A stretch of DNA of 64,000 nucleotides from Candidatus Krumholzibacteriia bacterium. Lineage in GTDB: Bacteria; Krumholzibacteriota; Krumholzibacteriia; Krumholzibacteriales; Krumholzibacteriaceae. Each line of letters begins with the position of its first letter. Position 1 is the first letter of the stretch. The position numbers and the translations under genes were made by a program. The notes below the pieces were generated by a model, which was given only the letters and a program-made list of their open reading frames with translations, had not been told where the DNA came from and made no database searches. The DNA lies in the NCBI GenBank assembly GCA_963836185.1, contig CAWIIQ010000001.1, positions 1,307,531 through 1,371,530 of the forward strand. The letters run 5' to 3'. Positions 9,388 to 19,006 of this stretch are shown here, piece after piece.

Positions 9388-10650
9388 GTGATAATGGACC
9401 CGATCATACTTCCTTATGGAGATTCGAAGATCCCGGTTCCCTTTACGGGAGAGATCTCCGCATGCGCGTTTCCCGAGCCCCTTCCTGATATATCAAGTTC
9501 GGTAGAACAGGCGCTCGATGAGCCCGCGGGGTGCGGGCCTCTCTCGGATCTGATACCCGGCTCGGAAAGGGTCGCCGTACTCGTTTCAGATCTTACCAGG
9601 GGAAGGACAGCAGCGGCAATACTTGTTCCCGCCTTGGAATATCTCGAGAGGAATGGAGCGGGGCCTGAACGCACCACCATATATATTGCAAGCGGTATGC
9701 ACCGCGGCCAGTCCGCAGCCGAGATAGAAGACCAGCTTGGAGCTTCGGTCGCCGGCAGGTACAGGATCGTCCAGCATGATGCCCGCGACAGATCATCCCT
9801 TGTCGAGGCCGGCACGACATCGTCCGGAACCCGGTGCCTCTTTAACAGGGATGTCGCACGGTCAGGTCTTGTTGTAGGCGCCGGCGCTGTGTCGTTCCAT
9901 TACTTCGCAGGTTACGGCGGCGGTAGAAAACTTATACTGCCTGGGATCTCGGGTGAAGAGACGATCATGGCCAATCACAGGCTGTCATTGAGGGCGGATC
10001 CCGCTGAAGGGCTGTCGCATGGCTGTAAGCCGGGTCTTCTCGACGGAAATCCCGTACATGAGGATATGATCGAAGGGGCATCGCTGATGGCCGCGCCGGT
10101 ATTCATGGTATGCGCGGTAGTCGGGGCGGGAGGGGAGCCGGCCTTTGTCAGCGCCGGCGATATGGACCTTTCGCATCGCATCGCCGCGGCAAAGCTGCGG
10201 AAGGCATACGCCCTTTCTCCCGGCAGACGCAGGAGGGTAGTCGTCGCTTCGGCAGGAGGATCGCCCGGGGACATCAACCTGCTGCAGGCCCACAAAGCGA
10301 TCAGACATGCCTCGCTCGCCGTGGCTGACGGAGGTCTTCTGCTTATGGCGGCCGCCTGCAGTGAGGGTGTCGGTTCGGATTCGCTCGAGGAGGATTTCTC
10401 GGGAGGAAGGGAAAGTGTTTTGTCGAGGGTATCAGAAAGATATACGTTGAACTCCCAGGCATCGATGTCGATTCACGAGATCACGGGGAGAATAGAAGTC
10501 AGGCTTCTCTCTGAATTTCCCGATGGCGCCCTCGAGAAGTTCGGTTTCGGTTCCTGGAATGCCGAGGATACGCTTTCTCTGCTCAAGGGGATCCCGGAAA
10601 GAGAGATACTTGCCGTTCCGCATGCCGCTTCATTTCTGCCTGTCGATTAA
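9388..10650 (+). CDS. LarA-like (DUF2088, lactate-racemase N-terminal domain) protein
   Basis: VLVSDLTRGRT, ASGMHRGQSAAE and FHYFAGYGGGRKLILPG match the LarA signature blocks (SDxTR, GxHR, HyFAGfsGG.K). Start is GTG 9388 or ATG 9394. Confidence 0.8.
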   Translation: MIMDPIILPYGDSKIPVPFTGEISACAFPEPLPDISSSVEQALDEPAGCGPLSDLIPGSERVAVLVSDLTRGRTAAAILVPALEYLERNGAGPERTTIYIASGMHRGQSAAEIEDQLGASVAGRYRIVQHDARDRSSLVEAGTTSSGTRCLFNRDVARSGLVVGAGAVSFHYFAGYGGGRKLILPGISGEETIMANHRLSLRADPAEGLSHGCKPGLLDGNPVHEDMIEGASLMAAPVFMVCAVVGAGGEPAFVSAGDMDLSHRIAAAKLRKAYALSPGRRRRVVVASAGGSPGDINLLQAHKAIRHASLAVADGGLLLMAAACSEGVGSDSLEEDFSGGRESVLSRVSERYTLNSQASMSIHEITGRIEVRLLSEFPDGALEKFGFGSWNAEDTLSLLKGIPEREILAVPHAASFLPVD

Positions 10651-10734
10651 ACGGAAATCTCTTCACAGTGACCGCTGCAGTGTGTAATATATCACTCGTA
10701 CTGTAAGGTATTCAAAAGTGTCCGGGAGGTAGAG

Positions 10735-11949
10735 ATGTCCGATAAGAAAAGCAGCCTTTCGCGAAGGGATTTCATGACGGCAACCGCAGCCGGTATCGTC
10801 GGAGCGGGACTGGCCTCGCTTCCGGGCGGGAAGGCAGCGGCTGGGGAGGAGAAGAAGGCTGGCGGAAAACTGATCACGAGAAAGCTCGGAAGGACCGGCC
10901 TCGAGCTCCCGATCGTAAGCATGGGAGCCCTCAATATCGACAGCCCAGGTATCCTCAAGGCCGCGTACGACAAGGGCGTGCGGCACATCGATACCGCTTC
11001 GGGTTATCATTCGGGCCGTAACGAGGAGATCGTCGGCGAGATAATCAAGAAAGAAGGAATCAGGAAAGATATAGTCCTCGGCACGAAGATCTTCGTACCG
11101 AACCAGAGGAAGGGACTCGATCCCGACAAGGTCCCCGCCAGGATGATGAAATACACCGACGACAGCCTCGAGCGGCTGCAGATGGATTATGTAGACATCA
11201 TGTACATACATGTCGTCAAGAGCGCCGACGAGATCAACGACGAGGCGATGATCGAGGGTATGAGGCAGATCAAGAAGTCCGGCAAGGCGAGGTTCGTCGG
11301 GGTATCGACCCACGAGAACATGGCCGAGGTCCTCAATGCCGTAGTGGCAGGCGGTTTCTACGATGTCGTTCTTCATACGATAAACTTCACGCTCGCCGAT
11401 GACGAGGAATTCATCAAGGCTGTTAAGAACGCCCACGCGAAGGGTGTAGGCCTGATCGCGATGAAGACCCAGGCAGGCGGCAAGCTGATAAAGGACGACG
11501 AGGAAGCGCTGAAGACTTACTCAGAGGGAACGATCGCCGCGGCAGCGCTGAAGTGGGCTCTTTCTCACGAAGAGATCACTACGGCGATACCGAGCTTCAA
11601 GACCTTCGAGATCATGGAGCAGGATGTCGCCATAGGGATGGACCTTGCTCTAAGCGCTGACGAAAAGAAGTTCCTTTCCGAGAAGCTCGATACGCTCAAG
11701 ACCGGGATGGGGTTCTGTCGACAGTGCCATATATGCAGCAGCACCTGTCCCCGGGGAACGGACGTCGCCTCACTGATGAGGACACACATGTACGCTGCCC
11801 GGTATTCCGATTTCCGCATGGCCCGGACGACGATCGACCAGACCGCAGGTATCTCGGGCTGTGTCGAGTGTGGATCGTGCAGCGCGAGATGCGCGCACGG
11901 CGTGGATATCGCCAGGAATATCGAGGATCTGAAGCTGATCTACGCCTAG
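10735..11949 (+). CDS. Tat-exported aldo/keto reductase fused to a C-terminal 2x[4Fe-4S]-type cysteine domain
   Basis: Twin-arginine signal SRRDFMTATAAGIVGAG. AKR core (LGRTG...GVRHIDTA...YVDIMYIHV). C-terminal CRQCHICSSTCP and CVECGSCSARCAHG motifs. Confidence 0.85.
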   Translation: MSDKKSSLSRRDFMTATAAGIVGAGLASLPGGKAAAGEEKKAGGKLITRKLGRTGLELPIVSMGALNIDSPGILKAAYDKGVRHIDTASGYHSGRNEEIVGEIIKKEGIRKDIVLGTKIFVPNQRKGLDPDKVPARMMKYTDDSLERLQMDYVDIMYIHVVKSADEINDEAMIEGMRQIKKSGKARFVGVSTHENMAEVLNAVVAGGFYDVVLHTINFTLADDEEFIKAVKNAHAKGVGLIAMKTQAGGKLIKDDEEALKTYSEGTIAAAALKWALSHEEITTAIPSFKTFEIMEQDVAIGMDLALSADEKKFLSEKLDTLKTGMGFCRQCHICSSTCPRGTDVASLMRTHMYAARYSDFRMARTTIDQTAGISGCVECGSCSARCAHGVDIARNIEDLKLIYA

Positions 11950-11970
11950 AGGAACCCGAAGAATGTGATC

Positions 11971-12010
11971 ACAGACGGCCGGTGTCCAGCCCTGGCCGTC
12001 TGTTTCTATA
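11971..12010. terminator. bidirectional stem-loop between convergent genes
   Basis: ACAGACGGCC (11971-11980) pairs with GGCCGTCTGT (11994-12003), followed by a T-rich tail. It lies between the stop at 11949 and the convergent stop at 12006. Confidence 0.55.
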
Positions 12011-12782
12011 TATTCATCCTGAGGGAGAGGCAGGAGAGTCCGCCGTCCATCTTCTGGAACTCAGTCATGTCTACTTCTACGATCTCCAGCCCTTTTTTTT
12101 TGAGCTTCTCCCGGGTTACAGGGAATCCGGCGGGAAAGAGTATCCGGCCGTTGATCTCTATACTGTTCGCGCAATACTCTTCCCCTTCGGCGACAGTGAT
12201 TGTATCGAGCCCGGTGAACTCATCTCTGCCCGCCATAGATCCGTCGGCAAGCAAGGTGCCGTTTCCCATGTAGCTGACGCCCGATTTCAGGTGGAGGCCG
12301 CAGGCGACAGGAACAGTCCCGCACTTGAATCCGTCCTTCTCAAAGATCTCACTGAGCTGTCTGGCGCCTGCTTCATCGGTCCTGTCCGAAAGACCGATGA
12401 GGATCCGGTCATCGATCTCGAGAACGTCACCTCCGTCTATCCTCCCCGGTGGTTCGATCCTGTCGACCTCGAAGTAACGGGAAAGGACCGGTTCGATAAG
12501 GGCGGCCTCGCCGAGGCGTGAAGGATGCCCGGGTCTCGTGATCACGGCGCGGCTGCCTGCGATCACGGCCGGGTCCTCGATAAATGTGGAGTCGGGGTAA
12601 TCTTCGATGGCATCGAGAAGTATGACTTCTATTCCGCAAGAGCGCAGCGCCTCGCAGTAAGCCGCGTGCTGCTGTACGGCCAGATCCATATCGGGGCTGC
12701 CGAGGCCGGCTCCGGTGAGCCCCTGGCCGAGCGACATGGCCGGCCGCCTCGCTACAGCTTTCGTAAATACTCCACTTTTCAA
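12006..12782 (-). CDS. dimethylarginine dimethylaminohydrolase (DDAH)-like amidinotransferase-superfamily hydrolase
   Basis: Motifs DSTFIEDPAVI, RPGHPSRLGE, GGDVLEIDDRILIGLSDRT and LHLKSGVSY, plus the C-terminal catalytic-Cys block DGGLSCLSLR. Confidence 0.8.
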   Translation of the reverse strand: MKSGVFTKAVARRPAMSLGQGLTGAGLGSPDMDLAVQQHAAYCEALRSCGIEVILLDAIEDYPDSTFIEDPAVIAGSRAVITRPGHPSRLGEAALIEPVLSRYFEVDRIEPPGRIDGGDVLEIDDRILIGLSDRTDEAGARQLSEIFEKDGFKCGTVPVACGLHLKSGVSYMGNGTLLADGSMAGRDEFTGLDTITVAEGEEYCANSIEINGRILFPAGFPVTREKLKKKGLEIVEVDMTEFQKMDGGLSCLSLRMNI

Positions 12783-12882
12783 GAGTTACCTCCGTCAGTA
12801 TTTTGCGTAAACTTAGTTACGATTATGATGTATACTCAAATACAGGGTAGTTTCAAGTACTCATTAGGCCAGGGAGGCGATC

Positions 12883-14097
12883 ATGGAAAGGAAGAAGGGC
12901 GGCCTGACCAGGCGGGGATTCATAACGGCAGCGGCGGGAGGACTCGTCGGAGCCGGAATCGCGGGGCTTACTCATGCCGGCCCGGCCAGCGACAATAAGG
13001 AAGAGAAGAAAGGGAAGATCATCACTCGCAAACTCGGCAGGACGGGGATCGAGATCCCCGTCGTGAGCATGGGCGTGATGAACGCGAATAATCCCGAGGT
13101 CGTCAGAGCGTCTTATGATCTGGGCGTCAGGCATTTCGACACCGCCGCCTATTACCAGGGCGGCAAGAATGAGCGTATGGTCGGCGAGGTCATCAAAGAG
13201 CTAGGCGTAAGGGACGATGTCATCATCGCGACAAAGATATACACGCCGAACATGAGGGTGGGAGATACCGCTGATGAGACGCGCAAGAAGATACGCGTGC
13301 AGGTAGACGAATGCCTCAACAGACTTCAGATGAATCATGTCGATATCCTGTATGTACATGTCGTCGATTCCGCGGATTTCGCCATGAACGAAGCGGTCCA
13401 CGAAGCGATGGAAGAGGCGCGCAAGAGCGGCAGGACGAGGTTCACAGGTCTATCAACGCACAAGAATATGAGCGAAGTGATCAATGCGGTCACTGAATCG
13501 GGATGGTACGACGTTGTACTGACCGCGATAAACATGACGCTGGCCGATGACAGCAAGCTGCTCGACTCGATTGAGAAGGCGGCCGCGAAGGGAGTGGGGA
13601 TCGTCGCGATGAAGACACAGGTCGGCGGCAGGCGTTTCCAGCTGCCGGAAGGGATCGCCGACTACGACAGCACGACGATAAACCAGGCCGCCCTCAAGTG
13701 GGTGATGAGAAACGAGAACATCACCACGTCGATTCCGGGGTATACGACATTCGAGCATATGAAGGAAGATTTTGATATTGCATATGATCTCGAGTACAGC
13801 GAGAAGGAAAAATGTCTCCTCGGAGATTGCAAGCTCAAGGTCGGGATGGGATACTGCAGGCAGTGCGATCTCTGCCTCGGCGACTGTCCGGCCGGGGTCG
13901 ATGTCCCGACTCTTATGAGGACGCATATGTACGCGTCGCAGTACGCCAATTTCCATCATGCCAGGGCGACTCTTGATGAGATAGAGAATGGCAGGGGCCT
14001 CGACGGGTGCTCGGGCTGCGGCGCCTGCACCGTCCGGTGCCCGCATTCGGTCGATGTCGCGGCGAAGATAGAGGAACTCAAGCTCATCTACGCGTGA
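12883..14097 (+). CDS. Tat-exported aldo/keto reductase fused to a 2x[4Fe-4S]-type domain; paralog of 10735..11949
   Basis: Same length (404 aa) and colinear with 10735..11949, with roughly half the residues identical by eye. Motifs TRRGFITAAAGGLVGAG, CRQCDLCLGDCP and CSGCGACTVRCPH. Confidence 0.85.
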   Translation: MERKKGGLTRRGFITAAAGGLVGAGIAGLTHAGPASDNKEEKKGKIITRKLGRTGIEIPVVSMGVMNANNPEVVRASYDLGVRHFDTAAYYQGGKNERMVGEVIKELGVRDDVIIATKIYTPNMRVGDTADETRKKIRVQVDECLNRLQMNHVDILYVHVVDSADFAMNEAVHEAMEEARKSGRTRFTGLSTHKNMSEVINAVTESGWYDVVLTAINMTLADDSKLLDSIEKAAAKGVGIVAMKTQVGGRRFQLPEGIADYDSTTINQAALKWVMRNENITTSIPGYTTFEHMKEDFDIAYDLEYSEKEKCLLGDCKLKVGMGYCRQCDLCLGDCPAGVDVPTLMRTHMYASQYANFHHARATLDEIENGRGLDGCSGCGACTVRCPHSVDVAAKIEELKLIYA

Positions 14098-14197
14098 CGC
14101 CCGGGCAGATTTATGATAACTTCCTTTTCCGGCGCACCTCGCCGCGCCGGATCCAGTAAGCAACTGTGTATCCGTATGAGATAAGGAGAATGCAGGG

Positions 14198-15466
14198 ATG
14201 AAGGTTCTTGTTGTAGGCGGCGGTGGCAGAGAACATACGATAGCCTGGAAGCTGTCGAAATCCCCCCATGTGGATCAGATATACGCGGCTCCCGGAAACG
14301 CGGGAATCGCCGAGATCGGTGAATGTGTTTCCATAGACGCGGCTGACAAAAAGGCGCTGCTCGAATTCGCTCGGGAGAATAAAGTGGATCTCACCGTCGT
14401 GGGGCCCGAGGCTCCTCTGGTCTCGGGAATAGTCGATCTCTTTAACGGCGAGGGCCTGCGTATATTCGGATTCGACAGCAAGGGAGCACTTCTCGAGGGC
14501 AGCAAGGTCTGGGCGAAGCAGTTCATGGAGAGATACGATGTGCCAACGGGCGGCTTCGCGGTATTCGATAATCACTGCGCGGCGCAGAACGCCATTGAAG
14601 CGGGAAAACCTCCATTCGTGATCAAGGCTGACGGCCTCGCCGCCGGCAAGGGTGTGCTGATATGCCAGACCCTGGAGGAAGCCCGTGACGCGGTCGAGAC
14701 GGTGATGAAGAAGAAGGAGTTCGGCACAGCCGGAGACAGGATAATATTCGAGGAGTTTCTCGAAGGAACGGAACTTTCGGTCATAGCCGTATTCGATGGA
14801 AAAGATTACAGGCTTCTCGTTCCATCGCAGGATCACAAGAGAGCCTTCGACGGAGATATGGGGCCTAACACAGGCGGTATGGGGGCATACGCGCCGGTCC
14901 CGGTCCTCGGTCACGCTCTTGAGGAGAAGATAAGGATAGAGATTATAGAGCGTACGCTCAGCGGGATACAGTCAGAGAGGATCAAGGGAGCTGGTGTGGT
15001 CTATTTCGGTCTGATGCTGACACCCACCGGTCCAAGGGTCCTGGAGTACAACTGCAGGTTCGGCGATCCGGAGACCCAGGTGATCCTTCCACTTCTGAAG
15101 ACGGACCTGTTCGAGGTCCTCTTCGAGGCGACGGAAAGCAATCTGGAGAGTGTCGATTTCGAGAACAGCGATGAGGCATGCGCCTGTGTCGTGATCGCAT
15201 CCGGAGGGTACCCCGGGAAATACGACAAGGGTAAAGAGATATCGGGTATCGCGGAGGCTGAGGAGGCGGGATGTGCCGTCTTCCATGCGGGGACGAAGCT
15301 CGATGATGGCAGGATCGTGACTTCGGGAGGACGCGTTCTCGGTGTGACCGCGATCGCGCCTACGCTCAAAGGGGCCATCGACAAGGCTTATGCAGGCGTT
15401 GACAAGATTTCTTTTGAGGGATGTTTCTCCAGGCGCGACATTGCCTGGAGGGCGCTGAAGGAATAG
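14198..15466 (+). CDS. purD: phosphoribosylamine--glycine ligase
   Basis: MKVLVVGGGGREH start, ATP-grasp blocks (VIKADGLAAGKGV, EEFLEG.E.S), and full-length PurD colinearity. Confidence 0.95.
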   Translation: MKVLVVGGGGREHTIAWKLSKSPHVDQIYAAPGNAGIAEIGECVSIDAADKKALLEFARENKVDLTVVGPEAPLVSGIVDLFNGEGLRIFGFDSKGALLEGSKVWAKQFMERYDVPTGGFAVFDNHCAAQNAIEAGKPPFVIKADGLAAGKGVLICQTLEEARDAVETVMKKKEFGTAGDRIIFEEFLEGTELSVIAVFDGKDYRLLVPSQDHKRAFDGDMGPNTGGMGAYAPVPVLGHALEEKIRIEIIERTLSGIQSERIKGAGVVYFGLMLTPTGPRVLEYNCRFGDPETQVILPLLKTDLFEVLFEATESNLESVDFENSDEACACVVIASGGYPGKYDKGKEISGIAEAEEAGCAVFHAGTKLDDGRIVTSGGRVLGVTAIAPTLKGAIDKAYAGVDKISFEGCFSRRDIAWRALKE

Positions 15467-15491
15467 TCGGAACAATCGAAAGGAGAATGAC

Positions 15492-15959
15492 GTGGGCGGA
15501 GAACTTCAGGTCGCCGTCATAATGGGGAGCGAATCGGACAGGGAGACGATGGAAGTATGTCTCGCTCAACTCGAGAAACTCGGCGTGAAGAGCGAGCTCA
15601 AGGTGTCTTCCGCGCACAGGATGCCCGAAGCGACGAAGGCTTACATCGAAGAATCGATCGAGAGGGGAGCGAAGGTCTTCATCGCCGGCGCCGGCATGTC
15701 GGCCGCACTGCCCGGTTTCGTGGCATCGGTAACGACCAGGCCCGTGATCGGAGTTCCGATACCTTCCGGTCTGCCTGACGGTATGGATGCGCTACTATCG
15801 ATGGTACAGATGCCTCCCGGGATACCTGTCGCCACGGTCGCCGTGGGGAAGGCCGGCGCGAAGAACGCCGCCGTGCTCGCGACAGAGATCCTCTCACTCG
15901 TCGATGACAGGTTCTCAAAAGAACTCGACAAGATGCGTGACCAATGGAAAAGCCGGTAA
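15492..15959 (+). CDS. purE: 5-(carboxyamino)imidazole ribonucleotide mutase
   Basis: Motifs VAVIMGSESD, SAHRMP and GAGMSAALPG. GTG start preceded by AAAGGAG. Directly downstream of purD. Confidence 0.93.
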   Translation: MGGELQVAVIMGSESDRETMEVCLAQLEKLGVKSELKVSSAHRMPEATKAYIEESIERGAKVFIAGAGMSAALPGFVASVTTRPVIGVPIPSGLPDGMDALLSMVQMPPGIPVATVAVGKAGAKNAAVLATEILSLVDDRFSKELDKMRDQWKSR

Positions 15960-16565
15960 AAGGGTATCTCGAGGGCCGAAACATCGACAAGGTCGCGGCG
16001 ATACTGAGGTCGGGCGGCCTGGCGGTGCTTCCGACTGACACGATATACGGATTTCACTGCGTATATTCGAGCAGGCCTACCATCGAGAGGATAAGAAGGC
16101 TCAAGGGGCGTTCGAAGTCCGCGGGATTCATATTGCTCGCTTCATCACTTGAAATGGCCGACATGCTCGTCAGGAAGATGGCCGGCAGGGGCGAGGGATA
16201 TCCTCGACACTCTCTGGCCCGCTCCCGTGACCGTGATACTTCCCGCTTCAGGGAAGATCCCGGCGGCGCTTAGGCCGGACGGGAGGGTGGCGGTCAGGAT
16301 CCCGGCGATGGATCCCCTTATCTCACTGATCGAGAAGACAGGTGAACCGCTCGTCTCGACGAGCGTCAACAGGTCGGGGCAGAACCCCTTGAACAGGATC
16401 GGGGAGATCCTGCGAGTCTTCCCCGGTCTGGAAGCATATATATCGAGAAGAGGGCCCGGCAGCCGGATTCCTTCGACCCTGATAGATCTTTCCGGCAGAG
16501 AGCCGCGCATCCTCAGGACTGGAAAGTGCGCGCGCAAGGCGGCCTCGGCCTTCGGCATGGAATAA
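15944..16565 (+). pseudogene. tsaC: L-threonylcarbamoyladenylate synthase (YrdC/TsaC type) interrupted by one frame break
   Basis: The N-terminal half (LPTDTIYGF...RIRRLKGR) is in frame 2 (ORF 15944..16273). The C-terminal half (WPAPVTVILPAS...VRIP...STSVNRSG) is in frame 0 (ORF 16149..16565). The junction is near 16166-16186. Confidence 0.75.
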
Positions 16566-16582
16566 CCGCGAGGTGGTACCTG

Positions 16583-17032
16583 ATGAAGAGATCGATCACT
16601 TTAATAATCATCCTTGCCGCGATTCTGATCGGCTGTGAGGCCGGCGGCAGAATGAGCAGCGAATACGAGACTTCGACGATGGAGGAGATCGGCTCGGCGA
16701 TGAAGGAACAGGTCGAAAGCTGGAATTCGGGCGAGTTGGCCGGATTCATGAAGTACTACTGGCACTCGGAGGAGATGACCTTTCACGGAGGCAAGCGAAG
16801 GCTGCAGGGCTGGGATACGCTGAACTCGATGTATATTGAGACTTACTCGGGAGAGCAGAGGGGGATCCTCGAATTCTCAGGCCTCGAGATCACAGTCCTT
16901 TCACCCGAATCGGCGTATGTACTCGGCGACTGGAAGGTCGAGCTTCCCGATACCGTCAAACAGGGAAAGTTTACACTTATCTGGAGAAAGATGGACGTGG
17001 GCTGGCGGATCGTGCACGACCACTCATCCTGA
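16583..17032 (+). CDS. SnoaL-like/DUF4440-type (NTF2 fold) lipoprotein
   Basis: MKRSITLIIILAAILIGCEAGG is a lipobox signal. The sequence follows the NTF2-like pattern, ending GKFTLIWRKMDVGWRIVHDHSS. Confidence 0.65.
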   Translation: MKRSITLIIILAAILIGCEAGGRMSSEYETSTMEEIGSAMKEQVESWNSGELAGFMKYYWHSEEMTFHGGKRRLQGWDTLNSMYIETYSGEQRGILEFSGLEITVLSPESAYVLGDWKVELPDTVKQGKFTLIWRKMDVGWRIVHDHSS

Positions 17033-17045
17033 AAGGGATCACATC

Positions 17046-18146
17046 ATGAGATCGCCTGTGAGAGCATTCCGGCTGTATTTTATCCTTCTGGCTGCTGTTG
17101 TATCGATGGCGGCGTCATGTACGTCGACAGCCCCGGACAGACCGAAGAACGTGATCCTTCTTATAGGCGACGGGATGGGAGTCGCCCATCTGACCTACGG
17201 CAACCTTGCGGGTGACAGCCTGAACGCAGAGCGGATGCCTGTAGGAGGCCTGGTCAAGACATTCCCGGTCGGTGCACTCATCACCGATTCCGCGGCGTCA
17301 GGAACCGCGATGGCGACCGGACACAAGACGCGGAACGGGATGATCTCAATATCGCCCGAAGGGGATACTCTGATGACAGTCTTCGAGTATGCCGAAGAAA
17401 ATGGGATGTCGACCGGCCTTGTGGCGACCAGCTCAATAACGCACGCCACGCCGGCGGTTTTCACTTCGCATGTCACAGACCGCGGGATGGAGGCGGAGAT
17501 AGCACGCCAAATGACCGCAAGCGGCCTGGATCTGATCATCGGCGGTGGGTGGGCCTATTTCGTGCACGCCGGCATAGAGGGGAGCAGGCGGACGGACGAT
17601 CTCGACCTGATCGGTGCGCTGAGAGAGAGGATGCCTGTCGTAAGATCGGTTGAAGAGTTGAAGGCTCTCGACGGTGCGACAATGGCGGCGGCATTTCTCG
17701 CTCCGCACGAGTGTCCCGTGGCAACGGAGAGGCTGTACTCGCTGGCGGATCTGACTTCGAAAGCGATCGAGATACTGTCGGCTGGCGGCAACGGATTTAT
17801 TCTCATGGTAGAGGGATCACAGATCGACTGGGCTGCCCATGACAATGATTTCAAAGGGATCTACAACGAGATGAAAGATTTCGACGGGGCTGTAGGCGCC
17901 GCCCTGGACTTTGCGGAGAAAGACGGCAATACGCTGGTGATCATGACCGCCGATCATGAGACCGGTGGGATGGCTCTTCACGATACGCCGGAGCACTCGA
18001 GCATGACGGTAAGTCCAAGGTTCACGACGGACGGTCATACGATGGAGATGGTGCCGATCTTCGCCTTCGGTCCGGGAGCGGGTCCGTTCGGCGGGATCTG
18101 TGACAATACCTTCATCGGTTCTACACTTATCGAATATGTAAAATAG
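17046..18146 (+). CDS. alkaline phosphatase (PhoA family), secreted
   Basis: Signal/lipobox MAASCTS. Motifs NVILLIGDGMG, DSAASGTAMATGHKT (nucleophile Ser block), EGSQIDWAAH and TADHETGG. The upstream part of track ORF 16836 overlaps the previous gene. Confidence 0.9.
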   Translation: MRSPVRAFRLYFILLAAVVSMAASCTSTAPDRPKNVILLIGDGMGVAHLTYGNLAGDSLNAERMPVGGLVKTFPVGALITDSAASGTAMATGHKTRNGMISISPEGDTLMTVFEYAEENGMSTGLVATSSITHATPAVFTSHVTDRGMEAEIARQMTASGLDLIIGGGWAYFVHAGIEGSRRTDDLDLIGALRERMPVVRSVEELKALDGATMAAAFLAPHECPVATERLYSLADLTSKAIEILSAGGNGFILMVEGSQIDWAAHDNDFKGIYNEMKDFDGAVGAALDFAEKDGNTLVIMTADHETGGMALHDTPEHSSMTVSPRFTTDGHTMEMVPIFAFGPGAGPFGGICDNTFIGSTLIEYVK

Positions 18147-18194
18147 AAGGCGATTGGAAGAGGATGTCCACCGGTCCCGATTTTTTATATAAAG

Positions 18195-18242
18195 AAGTAT
18201 GAAATACTTGACATTGTGACTGAATATATATACAATATGTAT
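18195..18242 (+). promoter_or_regulatory. sigma70-like promoter flanked by two short palindromes
   Basis: TTGACA (18208-18213), 17-nt spacer, TACAAT (18231-18236). AAGTAT-gaa-ATACTT (18195-18209) abuts the -35. ATACA-ata-TGTAT (18230-18242) covers the -10. Confidence 0.5.
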
Positions 18243-18273
18243 GAAAACGATTACTGACCTGAAGGAGGATCAA

Positions 18274-18729
18274 ATGATGACGCAGTCGACTTACAGGGCG
18301 AGAGGGAAGATAATCATATGGAGCATCGTGCTTGTCGTGTTCATGGCCCTTTTCTTCAGCGGGAGCGGGCCCGGGGGTTTCGCCCGGGACAAGGGGAGGA
18401 TCGTCGCCATCGCGGTCCTGTTTGCCGCAGGTTACGGCGCCTTCTTCGCGATGATGGGTCTTTCCAGGAAAAAGAAGGGCGACACCCTTGTCAGGGACGA
18501 GAGAGATGAACGGATCGAGGGCAGGGCCGGAGGGATCACTCTGACAATAGTACTCGTATATGTCTATTTCCTCGGGATAGCGCTGTGGGCCGTCTTCCAG
18601 GATGACGGCAGCGTTCCGGCAGGATGGATGTGGTTTCTCGCGTATTCGACCGTTTTCATCGGTACGATCTCACACGGGATATTCACGCTTCTGATGGCGG
18701 CCGGGAGGCTGAACGATGGCGAAGGCTGA
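18274..18729 (+). CDS. four-TM membrane protein (DUF2178-like) paired with an XRE regulator
   Basis: GAAGGAGG lies 5 nt upstream of ATG 18274. Four hydrophobic segments. The 3' end overlaps the HTH gene. Confidence 0.6.
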   Translation: MMTQSTYRARGKIIIWSIVLVVFMALFFSGSGPGGFARDKGRIVAIAVLFAAGYGAFFAMMGLSRKKKGDTLVRDERDERIEGRAGGITLTIVLVYVYFLGIALWAVFQDDGSVPAGWMWFLAYSTVFIGTISHGIFTLLMAAGRLNDGEG

Positions 18730-18946
18730 GATAAAGAACAGCGTAAGGCGGCTTCGGTTCGATAACGGCGAGATGACACAGCAGGAGCTCGCCGACAGGG
18801 CCGGATGCACAAGGCAGACGATCGTCGCCCTCGAGCAGGGAAAGTATGTGCCGTCGCTCTCCCTCGCCTTCAGGATCGCCGGGGTCTTCGGCCTGAAGAT
18901 CGAGGATGTCTTCGAGTATAGAAAAGGGAAAAAAAGTGCTGAATGA
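18716..18946 (+). CDS. small XRE-family helix-turn-helix transcriptional regulator
   Basis: [54 protein letters not shown] is a canonical HTH_3/Cro-C1 fold pattern. Confidence 0.85.
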   Translation: MAKAEIKNSVRRLRFDNGEMTQQELADRAGCTRQTIVALEQGKYVPSLSLAFRIAGVFGLKIEDVFEYRKGKKSAE

Positions 18947-19006
18947 AGCGGCAAAATGTAGTGTACTCGTAAAGACAGCAGTACTGATCAGGGAAAGGAA
19001 AGCTCT

